Shown here: positions 62,891-64,000 of the stretch, piece after piece
Layout of the letters: each line of letters starts with the position of its first letter
Numbering within the stretch: position 1 is the stretch's first letter
From: Leucoraja erinacea
Taxonomy: Eukaryota
Assembly (NCBI RefSeq): GCF_028641065.1
Contig: NC_073382.1
Location: 26,474,001-26,538,000, forward strand
Reading direction: 5' to 3'
Length of the DNA stretch: 64,000 bases
Made by a program: the position numbers and the translations under genes
Notes under the pieces: model-generated
Told to the model about the DNA's origin: nothing
Database searches by the model: none
What the model saw: the letters and a program-made list of their open reading frames with translations, nothing else

Positions 62891-64000
62891 ATTCTCTTTA
62901 ACAAAAACATTTTACTTGTTTAAATAGCAAACTATTCCTTAAGTACTATAGTAAGTGAATGAATGAACAATTTCAATGAACTTCAAGCAACTTATTTTGA
63001 ACATCTTAACCAACATTTACTCCTCAACAACATCACAAAAGTAGTTAATCAGTCATTACAGCATTACTGTTTGTTTTAGCTTGCTGTGCACAATTTGGTT
63101 GGTTGATTTCTGATATTACAACAATGATAATACTTCAGGACTTTACAGGTTTAACATTACTTTGTTTCTCTTTGATTACAATCTGTTTGATTCCCATCAA
63201 TAACACCATCACAATTTAAAAATGTTCCTTTACTTGGAGATATCTCCTGAATTTATTTTTACCGGTCTATACAATGAATGTGAAATAATGTTTATGACAA
63301 TTATACATTTTAAATATGTTGATAAGGTTAATGTTTAACAAAAGAAACAGACAAGTATTTTCTTACCTGGACATGACAATGAAATGGTTTCTCATTCATT
63401 CATTATATCCGGTTTGCTGCTTCTCGCAATCTTATCAAATTGGTTTTGCTTGTAATTACTGATGAAATATTTGATCTTCATGATGACTACATGATTAGTT
63501 TTCATGAAATCAGTCAACCGGAATGCTTGGCATCACTCATGTGAGACTCCGTTGATTTAACTGCTAGGCAGCACAATGAGACAAATGGATACTCCTCTGT
63601 GGGGAAAAGGGGAGGCGAATAAAGGGCATTTTTACAGGTAATGATATTGCACTAACAGATATTTTTGGTTCTACTTAATTCTATTCCTTTGTTCATATTT
63701 TCTCCAATCTTCTTAAGGACCCTAACCTTCCTGTAATATGCCAATATTCTTACAGCAGATTTTAAACCTTTTTATCATCACTATTACTTTTTCTCACATG
63801 ACGTCCCAAAATGAAAATGCATAAGTTGGAGGTTTACTTCTTAAGATCTTTTGGGACGTGATAATTTTAGTGCTGTTGTAAATCCTTGAAGCATTAAAAA
63901 TGTTGCATTCATCTTTTTAACATTTTCCTTCATCGCCTTCTGTAAATATCTCTAACACTTATAAATAGATAATTCTACAAGCTGCAGCTTTTGTAAAACT

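Overview
Repeat-rich eukaryotic genomic DNA with two assembly gaps (14967-15652, 31849-31985) and no supportable host protein-coding exon, so probably a large intron or gene desert. The repeat set (HE1-like tRNA SINEs, CR1/HER1-like and Rex/Babar LINEs, DeuSINE/SacSINE-like relics, Penelope-like elements) points to a cartilaginous fish such as a skate or ray (inference). Main items: (1) a ~7 kb degenerate, apparently pol/env-less endogenous retrovirus (about 50824-57898) with a perfect 18-nt tRNA-Pro primer-binding site, a polypurine tract, two diverged LTRs, a broken gag-like frame and a possible small myristoylated membrane ORF before gag; (2) a related solo LTR at 2485-3594 with a 4-bp TSD; (3) many Penelope-derived fragments carrying a minimal hammerhead-ribozyme-like core, several as inverted pairs; (4) three TAA-targeting Harbinger-like MITEs; (5) a family of GC-rich, VNTR-containing non-autonomous retroelements with structured 3' ends; (6) an old ~24-kb-spaced local duplication and several non-repeat blocks that look like conserved non-coding elements. 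Coordinates of degenerate repeats are approximate and family names come from motif recognition, not database searches.
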